The notes below the pieces were generated by a model, which did no database searches, was not told where the DNA came from, and saw only the letters and a list, made by a program, of their open reading frames with translations. Source: Culicoidibacterales bacterium (GTDB lineage: Bacteria > Bacillota_I > Bacilli_A > Culicoidibacterales > JBOFHN01). Taken from it: a stretch of 42,811 nt of DNA. Both the position numbers and the translations under genes were made by a program. Location of the stretch: positions 1 through 42,811 of the forward strand of contig JBOFHN010000085.1 in NCBI GenBank assembly GCA_051649665.1, in the 5' to 3' direction. Positions 16,971-26,078 of the stretch are shown piece after piece; position 1 is the first letter of the stretch, and each line of letters opens with the position of its first letter.

Positions 16971-18197
16971 ATGGAAGCAATTCATGTTAAAAGTGAAATT
17001 GGTCAATTGAAAAAAGTATTACTTCACCGGCCGGGGAAAGAATTATTAAATTTAACACCGGATACGTTGGAGAGTTTACTATTTGATGACATTCCATTTC
17101 TAGAGGTTGCACAAAAAGAACATGATTATTTTGCAAATGTTCTACGTGATCATGGTGTGGAAGTTGTCTATTTAGAAAATTTAATGGCGGAAACACTTGA
17201 ACACGATCCAAGATTACGTCAAACATTTATTACGCAATATGTAAAAGAAGTCGATGGTCTTTCACATCACCAACAAGAAGCGGTGATTGAGTATTTACTC
17301 GCGATTGAAGATTCGCTCACACTCGTTTTGAAAACAATGGAAGGTGTGCGTGCTTCTGAGATGACTGATTTTCATCGTGAATCACTTGCAGATATGGTAT
17401 ATACAGATCAAACAATGTGGATTCCACCGATGCCTAACTTATATTTTACGCGTGATCCATTTGCTTCAATTGGAACTGGCGTGAGTTTACATCGTATGTA
17501 TTCGGTGACTCGCCGCCGCGAAACAATATATAGTTCATATATATTTCAATATCATCCAGAATATAAAAATAGAGTACCATTCTTATATGATCGCTATTGG
17601 CCAAGTCATGTAGAAGGTGGAGATATTTTAAATATTAGTGATACTGTACTCGCTGTAGGAATTTCACAACGAACAAGCGCTGAGGCAATTGATTTACTCG
17701 CTGCTTCTCTTTTTGGACAAGCATCACAAACAATTGATACTATTTTAGCTTTTTCGATTCCAAAAACAAGAGCGTTTATGCATCTTGATACAGTGTTTAC
17801 ACAAGTAGATCATGATGTATTTACAGTGCATCCAGGTATTCTAGGACCACTTCATGTTTATGAAATGAAAAAAACAGCTGATGATATCATCATTACTGAA
17901 AAAGAAGAAACACTTGAAATGGTGTTAGCGGAAGCATTGAATTTACCGAAAGTAACATTGATTCCTTGTGCTGGAGGAAGTACGATTGAATCAGAACGTG
18001 AACAATGGAATGATGGTTCGAATACACTTTGCATCGCACCGGGGGTTATCGTTGTGTACGATAGAAATGATGTGACAAACCGAATATTAGAAGAAGCAGG
18101 CCTTACTGTATTGAAAGTACCAAGTTCCGAGCTCTCAAGAGGGCGTGGTGGACCACGTTGTATGTCAATGCCACTTTGGCGAGAAGATATAAAATAA
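16971..18197 (+). CDS. arcA: arginine deiminase
   Basis: SEIGQLKKVLLHRPG at the N-terminus, FTRD, and the catalytic-Cys context GGPRCMSMPL near the C-terminus. The SD AAGGAGGG precedes the ATG. Confidence 0.95.
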   Translation: MEAIHVKSEIGQLKKVLLHRPGKELLNLTPDTLESLLFDDIPFLEVAQKEHDYFANVLRDHGVEVVYLENLMAETLEHDPRLRQTFITQYVKEVDGLSHHQQEAVIEYLLAIEDSLTLVLKTMEGVRASEMTDFHRESLADMVYTDQTMWIPPMPNLYFTRDPFASIGTGVSLHRMYSVTRRRETIYSSYIFQYHPEYKNRVPFLYDRYWPSHVEGGDILNISDTVLAVGISQRTSAEAIDLLAASLFGQASQTIDTILAFSIPKTRAFMHLDTVFTQVDHDVFTVHPGILGPLHVYEMKKTADDIIITEKEETLEMVLAEALNLPKVTLIPCAGGSTIESEREQWNDGSNTLCIAPGVIVVYDRNDVTNRILEEAGLTVLKVPSSELSRGRGGPRCMSMPLWREDIK

Positions 18198-18234
18198 TAA
18201 ATACTAAAATTCATTTATAAAGGAGTAAATAAAC

Positions 18235-19227
18235 ATGGGTGTAAATATTAAAAATAGAAATTTCTTAAAATTACTTGATTTTTCATCGGAGGAAATTCGC
18301 TATTTGCTTGATTTATCGATTGATTTCAAACAAATGAAAAGATCGGGGATTCCACATAATTATTTGACAGGTAAAAATATTGTATTATTATTTGAAAAAA
18401 CAAGTACACGAACTCGTTGTGCATTTGAGGTTGCTGGAATGGATCTTGGAATGGGTGTTACATACCTTGATCCAGGAAGCAGTCAAATGGGGAAAAAAGA
18501 AAGTATTGCAGATACAGCACGAGTGTTAGGAAGAATGTACGATGGTATTGAATATCGTGGTTTTGAACAAACAATCGTTGAAGAATTAGCGCAATATGCA
18601 GGTGTTCCAGTTTGGAATGGATTAACAAATGAATTCCATCCAACACAAATGTTAGCTGATTTATTAACAATCGAAGAGCATTTTGGAACACTAAAAGGAT
18701 TGAACTTCACATACTTTGGAGATGGTCGCTTTAACATGGGGAACTCACTCATGGTTGCATGTGCAAAAATGGGTCTCAATTTTACAGGATGTGCTCCGAA
18801 AAATCTCTGGCCAACAGAAGAGTTATACAATACATGTAAAGCGATTGCAGAAGAAAATGGTTGCACTGTTACATTGACAGAAGATACAGATGCAGCAGCG
18901 ACAAATGCTGATGTTGTTTATACTGATATTTGGGTATCAATGGGAGAACCAGATGATGTATGGGAATCACGTATTAAAGAACTTGCACCATATCAAGTGA
19001 ATAGTGCAATTATGAAAAAAGCAAAACCAACAGCTATTTTCATGCATTGTTTACCAAGCTTCCACGATACAAATACAACGATTGGGAAAGAAGTAGCTGG
19101 TAAATTTGGACTTTCAGAAATGGAAGTAACAAATGAAGTGTTTGAATCTCGCCAATCAGTTGTGTTCCAAGAAGCAGAAAATAGAATGCACACAATTAAA
19201 GCTGTGATGTATGCAACGTTGAAATAG
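18235..19227 (+). CDS. arcB: ornithine carbamoyltransferase (catabolic context)
   Basis: [13 protein letters not shown] and HCLP motifs are present. It sits between arcA and arcC. Confidence 0.9.
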   Translation: MGVNIKNRNFLKLLDFSSEEIRYLLDLSIDFKQMKRSGIPHNYLTGKNIVLLFEKTSTRTRCAFEVAGMDLGMGVTYLDPGSSQMGKKESIADTARVLGRMYDGIEYRGFEQTIVEELAQYAGVPVWNGLTNEFHPTQMLADLLTIEEHFGTLKGLNFTYFGDGRFNMGNSLMVACAKMGLNFTGCAPKNLWPTEELYNTCKAIAEENGCTVTLTEDTDAAATNADVVYTDIWVSMGEPDDVWESRIKELAPYQVNSAIMKKAKPTAIFMHCLPSFHDTNTTIGKEVAGKFGLSEMEVTNEVFESRQSVVFQEAENRMHTIKAVMYATLK

Positions 19228-19240
19228 AGGAGTGGTTGAA

Positions 19241-20179
19241 ATGGGAAAACAACGAATTGTTGTTGCACTTGGCGGAAACGCCCTTGGGAATACACCATCA
19301 GAACAAAAACAACTCGTAAAACAAACGGCGCAATCAATAGTTGCATTATCGAAAAAATATGATGTTGTTGTTGCACATGGGAATGGACCTCAAGTTGGAA
19401 TGATCCAATTGACATTTGATGAAGCGAATAAGCAATCGCTTATTGCTGAAACAATGCCACTGCCAGAATGTGGTGCAATGTCTCAAGGTTACATTGGTTA
19501 TCACCTAACACAAGCGATTAATAATGAATGTATGAAACAAGGTGAAAATAAGCAAGTGGCAACCCTCCTAACACAAGTTGAAGTGGATTTGGATGATGCA
19601 GCATTTTCAAATCCGACAAAACCTGTTGGAAGTTTTTATACAAAAGAGGAAGCAGAAATTTTAGCACAACAAAATAATGAAAAATTTGTTGAAGATAGTG
19701 GTCGTGGATATCGTCGTGTTGTGGCGAGTCCTCTTCCACGAAAAATCATCGAGAAAGATATGATTGAAAACTTGATTCAACAAGGTGCGATTGTTATTGC
19801 ATGCGGTGGTGGTGGTATCCCGGTTGTGAAAAAAGAAACGGGATACGAAGGAATTGCAGCGGTTATTGATAAAGACCGTACAAGTAGTTGCTTGGCAGCA
19901 AATGTTCAAGCGGATAAACTCGTTATTTTAACAGCAGTTGAGCAAGTTGCACTTCGTTTTGGAACGCCTGATGTACAATGGGTGAGCGAAATGACCGTTT
20001 CCGAAGCAAAGCAGTACATTCAAGAAGGTCATTTTGCAGCAGGATCAATGCTTCCAAAAGTTGAAGCATGTATTGAATATGTTGAAACAACGGGAAAAGT
20101 CGCACTTATTACATCGCTTGAAGCGGCAGATCGTGCACTTGAAAATAAAACAGGGACACGAATTATCCCCAATGAATAG
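19241..20179 (+). CDS. arcC: carbamate kinase
   Basis: RIVVALGGNAL and VVAHGNGPQVG are carbamate kinase signatures. The start is set at ATG 19241 (GAGGAG at 19227..19232). Confidence 0.9.
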   Translation: MGKQRIVVALGGNALGNTPSEQKQLVKQTAQSIVALSKKYDVVVAHGNGPQVGMIQLTFDEANKQSLIAETMPLPECGAMSQGYIGYHLTQAINNECMKQGENKQVATLLTQVEVDLDDAAFSNPTKPVGSFYTKEEAEILAQQNNEKFVEDSGRGYRRVVASPLPRKIIEKDMIENLIQQGAIVIACGGGGIPVVKKETGYEGIAAVIDKDRTSSCLAANVQADKLVILTAVEQVALRFGTPDVQWVSEMTVSEAKQYIQEGHFAAGSMLPKVEACIEYVETTGKVALITSLEAADRALENKTGTRIIPNE

Positions 20180-20195
20180 AAGGAAGTGATTCACC

Positions 20196-21596
20196 ATGAA
20201 CACGATGAAAAAGTCAAAAAAAATACAGCTTAGTGCCTTTTCGATTATATTTATTATCTTAATAGGGCTTGCACTGCTTACGTGGATTGTTCCTGATGTT
20301 CAAAAAGCGAATATTTCAAATGTTGTAATGGCGCCGTATTTAGGATTTAAATCAGCGATGGATGTCTGTGTCTTTGTTCTTGTTTTAGGTGGATATTTGA
20401 ATGTTGTTCAAAAAACAGGAACCCTTGACGCGGGAGTTCAAACACTTGTGAAGCGGATGAAAGGTCGAGAAATTTGGTTGATACCAATTTTGATGTGTCT
20501 CTTTGCACTTGGTGGAACAACATATGGTATGAGTGAAGAAACTGTTGCTTTTTATGCACTTATCTGTGTGACAATGGTTGCCGTTGGGTTTGATACTCTT
20601 ACAGCAGTTGGAACAATTCTCTTAGGTGCTGGAATTGGGACGCTTGCTTCAACGGTCAATCCATTTGCTACAGGAATTGCAAGTGATACAGCACAAAAAG
20701 CAGGTGCGAATATTAACCAAGGTGTTGTTATCGGACTTGGGACTGTATTACTCATTATTAACTTAATCGTTTGTATTTGGTTTGTAATGCGCTATGCAAA
20801 AAAAGTTCAAGAACGAGATGGTTCGTTTTTATCAACAAATGAAAAAAGTGCAATGCTTGCAACATTCCGAAAAGATGAAAATGAAATGATGACAACGATG
20901 AATGGAAGACAAAAAGGTGTACTCGCTATTTTTGCTTTTGGATTTATATTTATGGTTTTCTCAGTTATTCCATGGAGTAAATTTGGAGTCGAAATTCCAG
21001 CGTGGACAGGTTTCTTAACTGGTCAAGCACTTGGTGATTGGTGGTTTGGGGAACTGGCTATGTGGTTCTTACTTCTTTCCATCATTGTTGGACTTATAGC
21101 AAAAATGAAAGAAAAAATGATTGTAGATGCTTTTGTTGAAGGTGCCGCTGATATTGTATCAGTAGCATTGATTATCGCAGTGGCGCGTGGAGCGAGTGTG
21201 TTGATGAGTGAGACACATCTTGACCAAGTGATTTTAAGTTCTGCTTCATCGTTACTTGGAAGTGTTCCAGGAGCCGTGTTTGCGCCAGTGTCATATATAT
21301 TTTACCTCCTTATTTCATTCTTTATACCTTCAACAAGTGGCGCTGCAACACTTACGATGCCGATTATGGCACCATTGACAGAAAACTTAGGATATAATCC
21401 TGCAGTAATGATTATGATTTTTAGTGTAGCGAGTGGTATTATTAATCTGTTCACACCGACAAGTGGTGTAGTAATGGGAGGATTAGCCATTTCAAAAGTG
21501 GAATACTCAACATGGATTAAATGGAGTTGGAAACTTGTTGCAACACTCGCCATTATGAACGGGGTAATACTGACAATAGCTTTATTGATTCTTTAG
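20196..21596 (+). CDS. YfcC-family membrane carrier (putative arginine/ornithine exchanger of the ADI cluster)
   Basis: Polytopic protein. The pattern GTLDAGVQTLVKRMKGREIWLIPILMCLFALGGTTYGMSEETVAFY matches what I recall of the YfcC/DcuC-like family. It is the last gene of the arc cluster before a terminator. Confidence 0.7.
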   Translation: MNTMKKSKKIQLSAFSIIFIILIGLALLTWIVPDVQKANISNVVMAPYLGFKSAMDVCVFVLVLGGYLNVVQKTGTLDAGVQTLVKRMKGREIWLIPILMCLFALGGTTYGMSEETVAFYALICVTMVAVGFDTLTAVGTILLGAGIGTLASTVNPFATGIASDTAQKAGANINQGVVIGLGTVLLIINLIVCIWFVMRYAKKVQERDGSFLSTNEKSAMLATFRKDENEMMTTMNGRQKGVLAIFAFGFIFMVFSVIPWSKFGVEIPAWTGFLTGQALGDWWFGELAMWFLLLSIIVGLIAKMKEKMIVDAFVEGAADIVSVALIIAVARGASVLMSETHLDQVILSSASSLLGSVPGAVFAPVSYIFYLLISFFIPSTSGAATLTMPIMAPLTENLGYNPAVMIMIFSVASGIINLFTPTSGVVMGGLAISKVEYSTWIKWSWKLVATLAIMNGVILTIALLIL

Positions 21597-21615
21597 TTAT
21601 ATATATTTTCAAAAT

Positions 21616-21650
21616 AAAAGCGGTTAAATATTTTTAACCGCTTTTGATTT
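21616..21650 (+). terminator. intrinsic terminator
   Basis: AAAAGCGGTTAAA-tatt-TTTAACCGCTTTT followed by T-rich sequence. Confidence 0.75.
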
Positions 21651-21722
21651 GTGATATAAAACGCTATAAATTTGTTTTTACAATCTTTTTTTGGTATTGT
21701 AGATACGAAAGAGTTGAGTGAG

Positions 21723-22931
21723 ATGACAAATATAATAGAAATACAAGCAGGACACATATCACCATTAGAACAACAAATGCCACTGTATTACACGATGGAA
21801 CTTATTCAGGAAACAGCTAATCGCGTTGTTCATGAAGGAGCAAGAATTTGGTATGTAGCAAGAGGAGAAGCCAAATTTTATTTAAATGAACAGTACTTTG
21901 AAATGAAAAAAGGAATGTGTATTGCTATTTTTCCTTGGGATGTTACAATTATTGATCAAGTAATTGAAGAAGTTGAACTTCATATTATCGTTTATCGATT
22001 TTCTGCAATTAATGCTCATATTAGATTGCTGGAAACGCACTTCAATAAAAAAGAACCGATGTTTTTACAATTGAAACAGAATCCCGTCGTTTATATTGAA
22101 GGGAAATTGGAAAACGAAATGTTTCAACTTGTGGAACAAATAGGAAGGTTGCAAGGAAGTGATTTGCTTTATAATGTTATGGAGCAAGAAAGTGTGTTTG
22201 TTCAAATGATTTGCCGCATAGCAAAAGCTAAAACAGTTGGCATTGTTGAGGATAGTAGTCGAGGTGTTGCGTCGGATACAACGCTTGTATTAGCGATTGA
22301 TGTCATGCAGTATATGTCCAGCCATTTTAATGAAAAATTAACACTTGATTATGTCGCCCAACAATTTTTTACGAATAAAACAACGATTGCAAAAGTGATA
22401 AGAGAAGTATTCTCAATGACATTTGTTCAGTTGCTATCGAGAATGAGGTTGCATAAAAGTGTTGAAATGCTTGTGACAACAAATGATACATTAGATGATA
22501 TTGCTCAAATGGTAGGGTATTTTGACAGTGCACATTTTACAAAACAATTTGAATGTGCGTATAATGTGACACCGATTGCATATCGTAAACAGTATACAGG
22601 CGTTGAATCATTGCCGCTTAGTGAAATTGAAAAAGTACTTGAATATATTCGAAATCACTTTAGCGATGAGACGATTCGTGCACATCAAGTGGCAAAACAG
22701 TTTTCGATTTCAGCAACGACACTCAACACATGGATAATGTTTTATACTGAATGTACATTTGATGATTGGATTCATTTGTTGAGAATGCATCATGCGGTAC
22801 GCTTGCTCAGAACAACAAATCATACGATACTTGATATTGCGATCACCGTTGGTTATACGAATACACGAACATTTCAGCGAATATTTGAACAACACTTTTA
22901 CACAACACCTGCACAATATCGGAAGATATAA
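21723..22931 (+). CDS. AraC-family regulator with N-terminal cupin-like domain and two tandem AraC-type DNA-binding domains
   Basis: Two complete ~100-aa AraC HTH modules are visible. The first (22284..22589) runs ...LTLDYVAQQFFTNKTTIAKVIRE...IAQMVGYFDSAHFTKQFECAYNVTPIAYRK. The second (22620..22925) runs ...IRAHQVAKQFSISATTLNTWI...IAITVGYTNTRTFQRIFEQHFYTTPAQYRK. The start is taken at ATG 21723; the upstream TTG extension is unsupported. Confidence 0.8.
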   Translation: MTNIIEIQAGHISPLEQQMPLYYTMELIQETANRVVHEGARIWYVARGEAKFYLNEQYFEMKKGMCIAIFPWDVTIIDQVIEEVELHIIVYRFSAINAHIRLLETHFNKKEPMFLQLKQNPVVYIEGKLENEMFQLVEQIGRLQGSDLLYNVMEQESVFVQMICRIAKAKTVGIVEDSSRGVASDTTLVLAIDVMQYMSSHFNEKLTLDYVAQQFFTNKTTIAKVIREVFSMTFVQLLSRMRLHKSVEMLVTTNDTLDDIAQMVGYFDSAHFTKQFECAYNVTPIAYRKQYTGVESLPLSEIEKVLEYIRNHFSDETIRAHQVAKQFSISATTLNTWIMFYTECTFDDWIHLLRMHHAVRLLRTTNHTILDIAITVGYTNTRTFQRIFEQHFYTTPAQYRKI

Positions 22932-22940
22932 AAGAACTCT

Positions 22941-22972
22941 AACTTTGTACGTTTTTGTACAAAGTTTTTTTT
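22941..22972 (+). terminator. intrinsic terminator
   Basis: AACTTTGTAC-gttttt-GTACAAAGTT followed by TTTTTTT. Confidence 0.8.
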
Positions 22973-23064
22973 ATTGTGATAGAATTTATGATAGAAAAAC
23001 ATCATAAAACATGGTATAATATTGTTATGTGTGTCAAAAAGACAGGACAATTGGAGGAATAATT

Positions 23065-24516
23065 ATGAAACGTGTTCGAACGCGATATGCCCCATCACCA
23101 ACAGGGCATTTGCACATTGGAAATGCACGAACAGCATTGTTTACGTATCTTTATGCAAAACATCATGATGGTGATTTCATCATTCGTATTGAAGATACAG
23201 ACATTGCTCGTAATGTTGAAAATGGTGAAGTGAGTCAATTTGAAAATTTAAAATGGCTTGGAATCAATTGGAATGAAGGACCGGATATCGGTGGTGCATT
23301 TGCACCTTATCGCCAACTTGAACGTCTTGATATTTATCAGAAATACGCAAATGAACTGTTAGCAAAAGGAATTGCTTATAAGTGTTATTGTACAGAGGAA
23401 GAACTTGCAGCAGAACGTGAAGCACAAGAAGCGGCGGGGATAGCTTCACCTCGTTACTCAGGACGTTGTATGAAACTGAGTGATGAAGAACGAAAAGATT
23501 TCGAACAAAATCGCGAATATACAATTCGTATGCATGTTGAAGATGATGCAGTGTACACATTTAACGATATCGTTCGTGGTGAAATTACATTTACAGGAAA
23601 AGATATCGGTGATTGGGTAGCGATTAAACGCAACGGAATTCCAACATATAATTTCGCATGTGCAATAGATGATCACTTAATGGAAATTTCACATGTTTTC
23701 CGTGGAGAAGAACATATCTCAAATACGCCAAAACAAATGCAAATATATGAAGCGTTTGGCTGGGATGTTCCACAATTTGGACATATGGCAATCATCGTGA
23801 ATGAAAACCGTAAAAAATTATCAAAACGCGATGAATCAATTATGCAATTCATTTCTCAATATAAAGATCATGGATACCTTCCAGAAGCGATGTTTAACTT
23901 CATTGGTTTACTTGGTTGGTCACCAACGGGTGAAGATGAAATTTTCTCACATCAGGAATTCATTCAAATTTTTGATGCTGAGCGTCTTTCAACGGCGCCT
24001 GCAATGTTTGATAAAGAGAAGTTGAAATGGGTAAATAATCGCTACATGAAACAGTTAAGTGATGAAGCATATCAAAATTTAACGATCCCTTTTCTAGAAA
24101 AATCAGGAACTGTTGATGGGAAAAGTGATCATTTCAAAACAAGACTTGTATCATTGTTCCAAGATCAATTATCATATGGTGAAGAGATTATTGAATTAGC
24201 ACAACCATTTATTGCTGCGTTTACACTCGGCGCAGAAGAACAACAATTCTTAAAAGAAAATGATGTTCGCGCAACAATTGAAGGATTGAAATTGTGTCTT
24301 GAAAAATCAGAACAAACATATTTTACAAGTGATGAAATGAAACAATTTGTTAATGAAATTAAAGAAGAAACAGGTAATAAAGGGAAAATGCTTTTCATGC
24401 CACTGCGTATTGCTACAAGTGGAATGATGCATGGACCTGATTTAAATTCGGTAATGGCTTTGTTATCAAAACCTGAATTATTGCAACGAATTAACCAAAC
24501 ACTGGAGGTACTATAA
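23065..24516 (+). CDS. gltX: glutamate--tRNA ligase
   Basis: RTRYAPSPTGHLHIGNART (HIGH motif), KLSKR (KMSKS motif), and the class I GluRS body. The start is set at ATG 23065 after GGAGG (23052..23056). Confidence 0.95.
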   Translation: MKRVRTRYAPSPTGHLHIGNARTALFTYLYAKHHDGDFIIRIEDTDIARNVENGEVSQFENLKWLGINWNEGPDIGGAFAPYRQLERLDIYQKYANELLAKGIAYKCYCTEEELAAEREAQEAAGIASPRYSGRCMKLSDEERKDFEQNREYTIRMHVEDDAVYTFNDIVRGEITFTGKDIGDWVAIKRNGIPTYNFACAIDDHLMEISHVFRGEEHISNTPKQMQIYEAFGWDVPQFGHMAIIVNENRKKLSKRDESIMQFISQYKDHGYLPEAMFNFIGLLGWSPTGEDEIFSHQEFIQIFDAERLSTAPAMFDKEKLKWVNNRYMKQLSDEAYQNLTIPFLEKSGTVDGKSDHFKTRLVSLFQDQLSYGEEIIELAQPFIAAFTLGAEEQQFLKENDVRATIEGLKLCLEKSEQTYFTSDEMKQFVNEIKEETGNKGKMLFMPLRIATSGMMHGPDLNSVMALLSKPELLQRINQTLEVL

Positions 24517-24517
24517 T

Positions 24518-25330
24518 ATGAACACTGAAGCAAAACCGTTGATGGATACGTTAGACTATACGGTTTCCAAAAAGGTAGACCTTGTTGAAAAGAGCTGGAT
24601 TCGTTATGCTTGGCGTGCAATCATGGCATCAGTTTGTTTAGGTCTTGGAACAAATGGAATGTTTTTGATTAATGAAAAGTTACATCATGTTGATGCGACC
24701 GGTAGCCTTGGGAAAATTTTTGGTTCATTATTTTTTGGATTTGGTCTTGTTATGATTATATTCCTCAATGCAGAACTTTTTACATCAAACGTTATGTACT
24801 TTGGTGCAGGACTCACACGTAAAAAAGTCGCGTGGGGAAAAGCACTCAAAATTTTAGCGATATGCTACATTGCCAACTTTGTTGGTGCAGTTATTTTTTC
24901 TTGGATTTTTGTTCAAGGTGGTGTCTGGGATGCAGTTGCAAAAGAAGGTGTTCACTCGACAATTTATAAAATAGTTGAACCAAAGATGTATGGGAAAACA
25001 CCGTATCAAATTTTCATGCAAGGAATCATTGCCAATCTTGTTGTAAATATTGGGATTGTTGTTGCGCTTCGTATGAAAAGTGATTCAGCTAAAGTGTCAT
25101 CACTTGTTTTTATCATTTTTATTTTCGTGTTATTTGGACACGACCACGTTATCGCTAACTTTGCATCATTTTCTACAGTATTCTTTGCTTTACACGGTCA
25201 AGGATTTGAACTTATGCCTGTGCTAACGAATTTCTTCTTCTCAACACTTGGAAACATTGTTGGTGGCGGAGTTCTAATTGGCGCGATGTATGCTTGGTTG
25301 AATAGTAAGGATACAAAATATGTGGACTAA
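24518..25330 (+). CDS. formate/nitrite transporter (FNT) family channel
   Basis: About 6 TM, 270 aa, with the FNT-like stretches LNAELFTSN and FGHDHVIANF. It starts 2 nt after the gltX stop, with GGAGG 9 nt upstream. Confidence 0.75.
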   Translation: MNTEAKPLMDTLDYTVSKKVDLVEKSWIRYAWRAIMASVCLGLGTNGMFLINEKLHHVDATGSLGKIFGSLFFGFGLVMIIFLNAELFTSNVMYFGAGLTRKKVAWGKALKILAICYIANFVGAVIFSWIFVQGGVWDAVAKEGVHSTIYKIVEPKMYGKTPYQIFMQGIIANLVVNIGIVVALRMKSDSAKVSSLVFIIFIFVLFGHDHVIANFASFSTVFFALHGQGFELMPVLTNFFFSTLGNIVGGGVLIGAMYAWLNSKDTKYVD

Positions 25331-25916
25331 GTTATTTAAAAAAGAGAGCGCGTTTTCTTATAAACGTCTCTTTTTCGTTTTAATGAGTCTTGTTATTATT
25401 GTCGGAATAGGGTTTAGTATTTACGTCGTTGAAAGCCAAAAGACAGTTCAAGTTCATAAAAAAGAAAGTGAAAACTTCTTTGATGTACATCAAACACAAG
25501 TCTTGACGTACAAACAAAAACGAAATGTTTATATTGAGAAATTTGGGACACCAACAAAGACGAATGTTGATAAAGAACAACGACAAGTGACGGATACATA
25601 TATATCAAAAGATGCAAGTAAAGGTATTACGGTTATGTCTCGATTGCAAGATGATTCGATGGAAAATGCGTATATCATAGGATACCTTATTACAGGTAAA
25701 GAAGTTGATTACGACGAAAATAAATTTGATGATGTTATCGGTCGAAATCTAACGGACGTTATAAATCACTTTGGTAATGGAGAGGTTTTTAGTGAGTCAA
25801 AAACAGATGAAACATTTTCGATTAGTTTTCGTACAAAGAAAGATATATATATATTAAAAGGTGATAAAAATACTGGAATCATTCAAGAAATCCAGAAGAA
25901 ATCCCTTTTTGAATAA
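25320..25916 (+). CDS. hypothetical membrane-anchored protein (single N-terminal TM)
   Basis: The ORF overlaps the FNT gene 3' end by 11 nt. N-terminal helix LFFVLMSLVIIVGIGFSIYVV is followed by a polar ~150-aa domain. No motif recognised. Confidence 0.5.
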   Translation: MWTKLFKKESAFSYKRLFFVLMSLVIIVGIGFSIYVVESQKTVQVHKKESENFFDVHQTQVLTYKQKRNVYIEKFGTPTKTNVDKEQRQVTDTYISKDASKGITVMSRLQDDSMENAYIIGYLITGKEVDYDENKFDDVIGRNLTDVINHFGNGEVFSESKTDETFSISFRTKKDIYILKGDKNTGIIQEIQKKSLFE

Positions 25917-25983
25917 ATAAAAATGTTTAAAAATCGAAACGATGAAAAATTTTTCATTTTTTGAAAAAATATTTCTTTATCGC

Positions 25984-26013
25984 TTGACAAATAATTCGTG
26001 AAAGTGATAACAT
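25984..26013 (+). promoter_or_regulatory. candidate promoter of the PTS gene
   Basis: TTGACA (25984..25989), an 18-nt spacer containing TG (26005..26006), then TAACAT (26008..26013), i.e. an extended -10. A second possible -10, TATAAT, is at 26034..26039. Confidence 0.45.
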
Positions 26014-26026
26014 GAAAGCGGAATCA
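26012..26026 (+). promoter_or_regulatory. cre (CcpA catabolite-responsive element) candidate
   Basis: ATGAAAGCGGAATCA fits WTGNAANCGNWNNCW at all constrained positions. It overlaps the candidate -10/TSS of the PTS EIICB gene. Confidence 0.5.
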
Positions 26027-26078
26027 ATATTTATATAATATTGTATGACGCACTTTTTATATTTTAGGAGGATAATAT

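Noticed and set aside
18483-19415. Two minus-strand ORFs (127 aa and 140 aa), plus several smaller ones, across arcB/arcC.
   Set aside because: They are antisense to arcB and arcC, which carry unmistakable catalytic motifs. The translations are compositionally odd (Cys/Ser/Phe-rich) and lack SDs.
22973-23064. Looked for a T-box leader or other riboswitch upstream of gltX.
   Set aside because: Only about 90 nt separate the preceding terminator from the start codon. No T-box sequence, specifier-loop or antiterminator arrangement is visible.
24165-24620. Minus-strand 151-aa ORF across the gltX/FNT junction.
   Set aside because: It is antisense to two supported genes, with no SD or motif.
25942-25962. 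ATGAAAAATTTTTCAT palindrome plus T run as a terminator after the 25320..25916 ORF.
   Set aside because: The stem is entirely A/T, so stability is doubtful. I did not list it as a feature, though it may act as a weak terminator.
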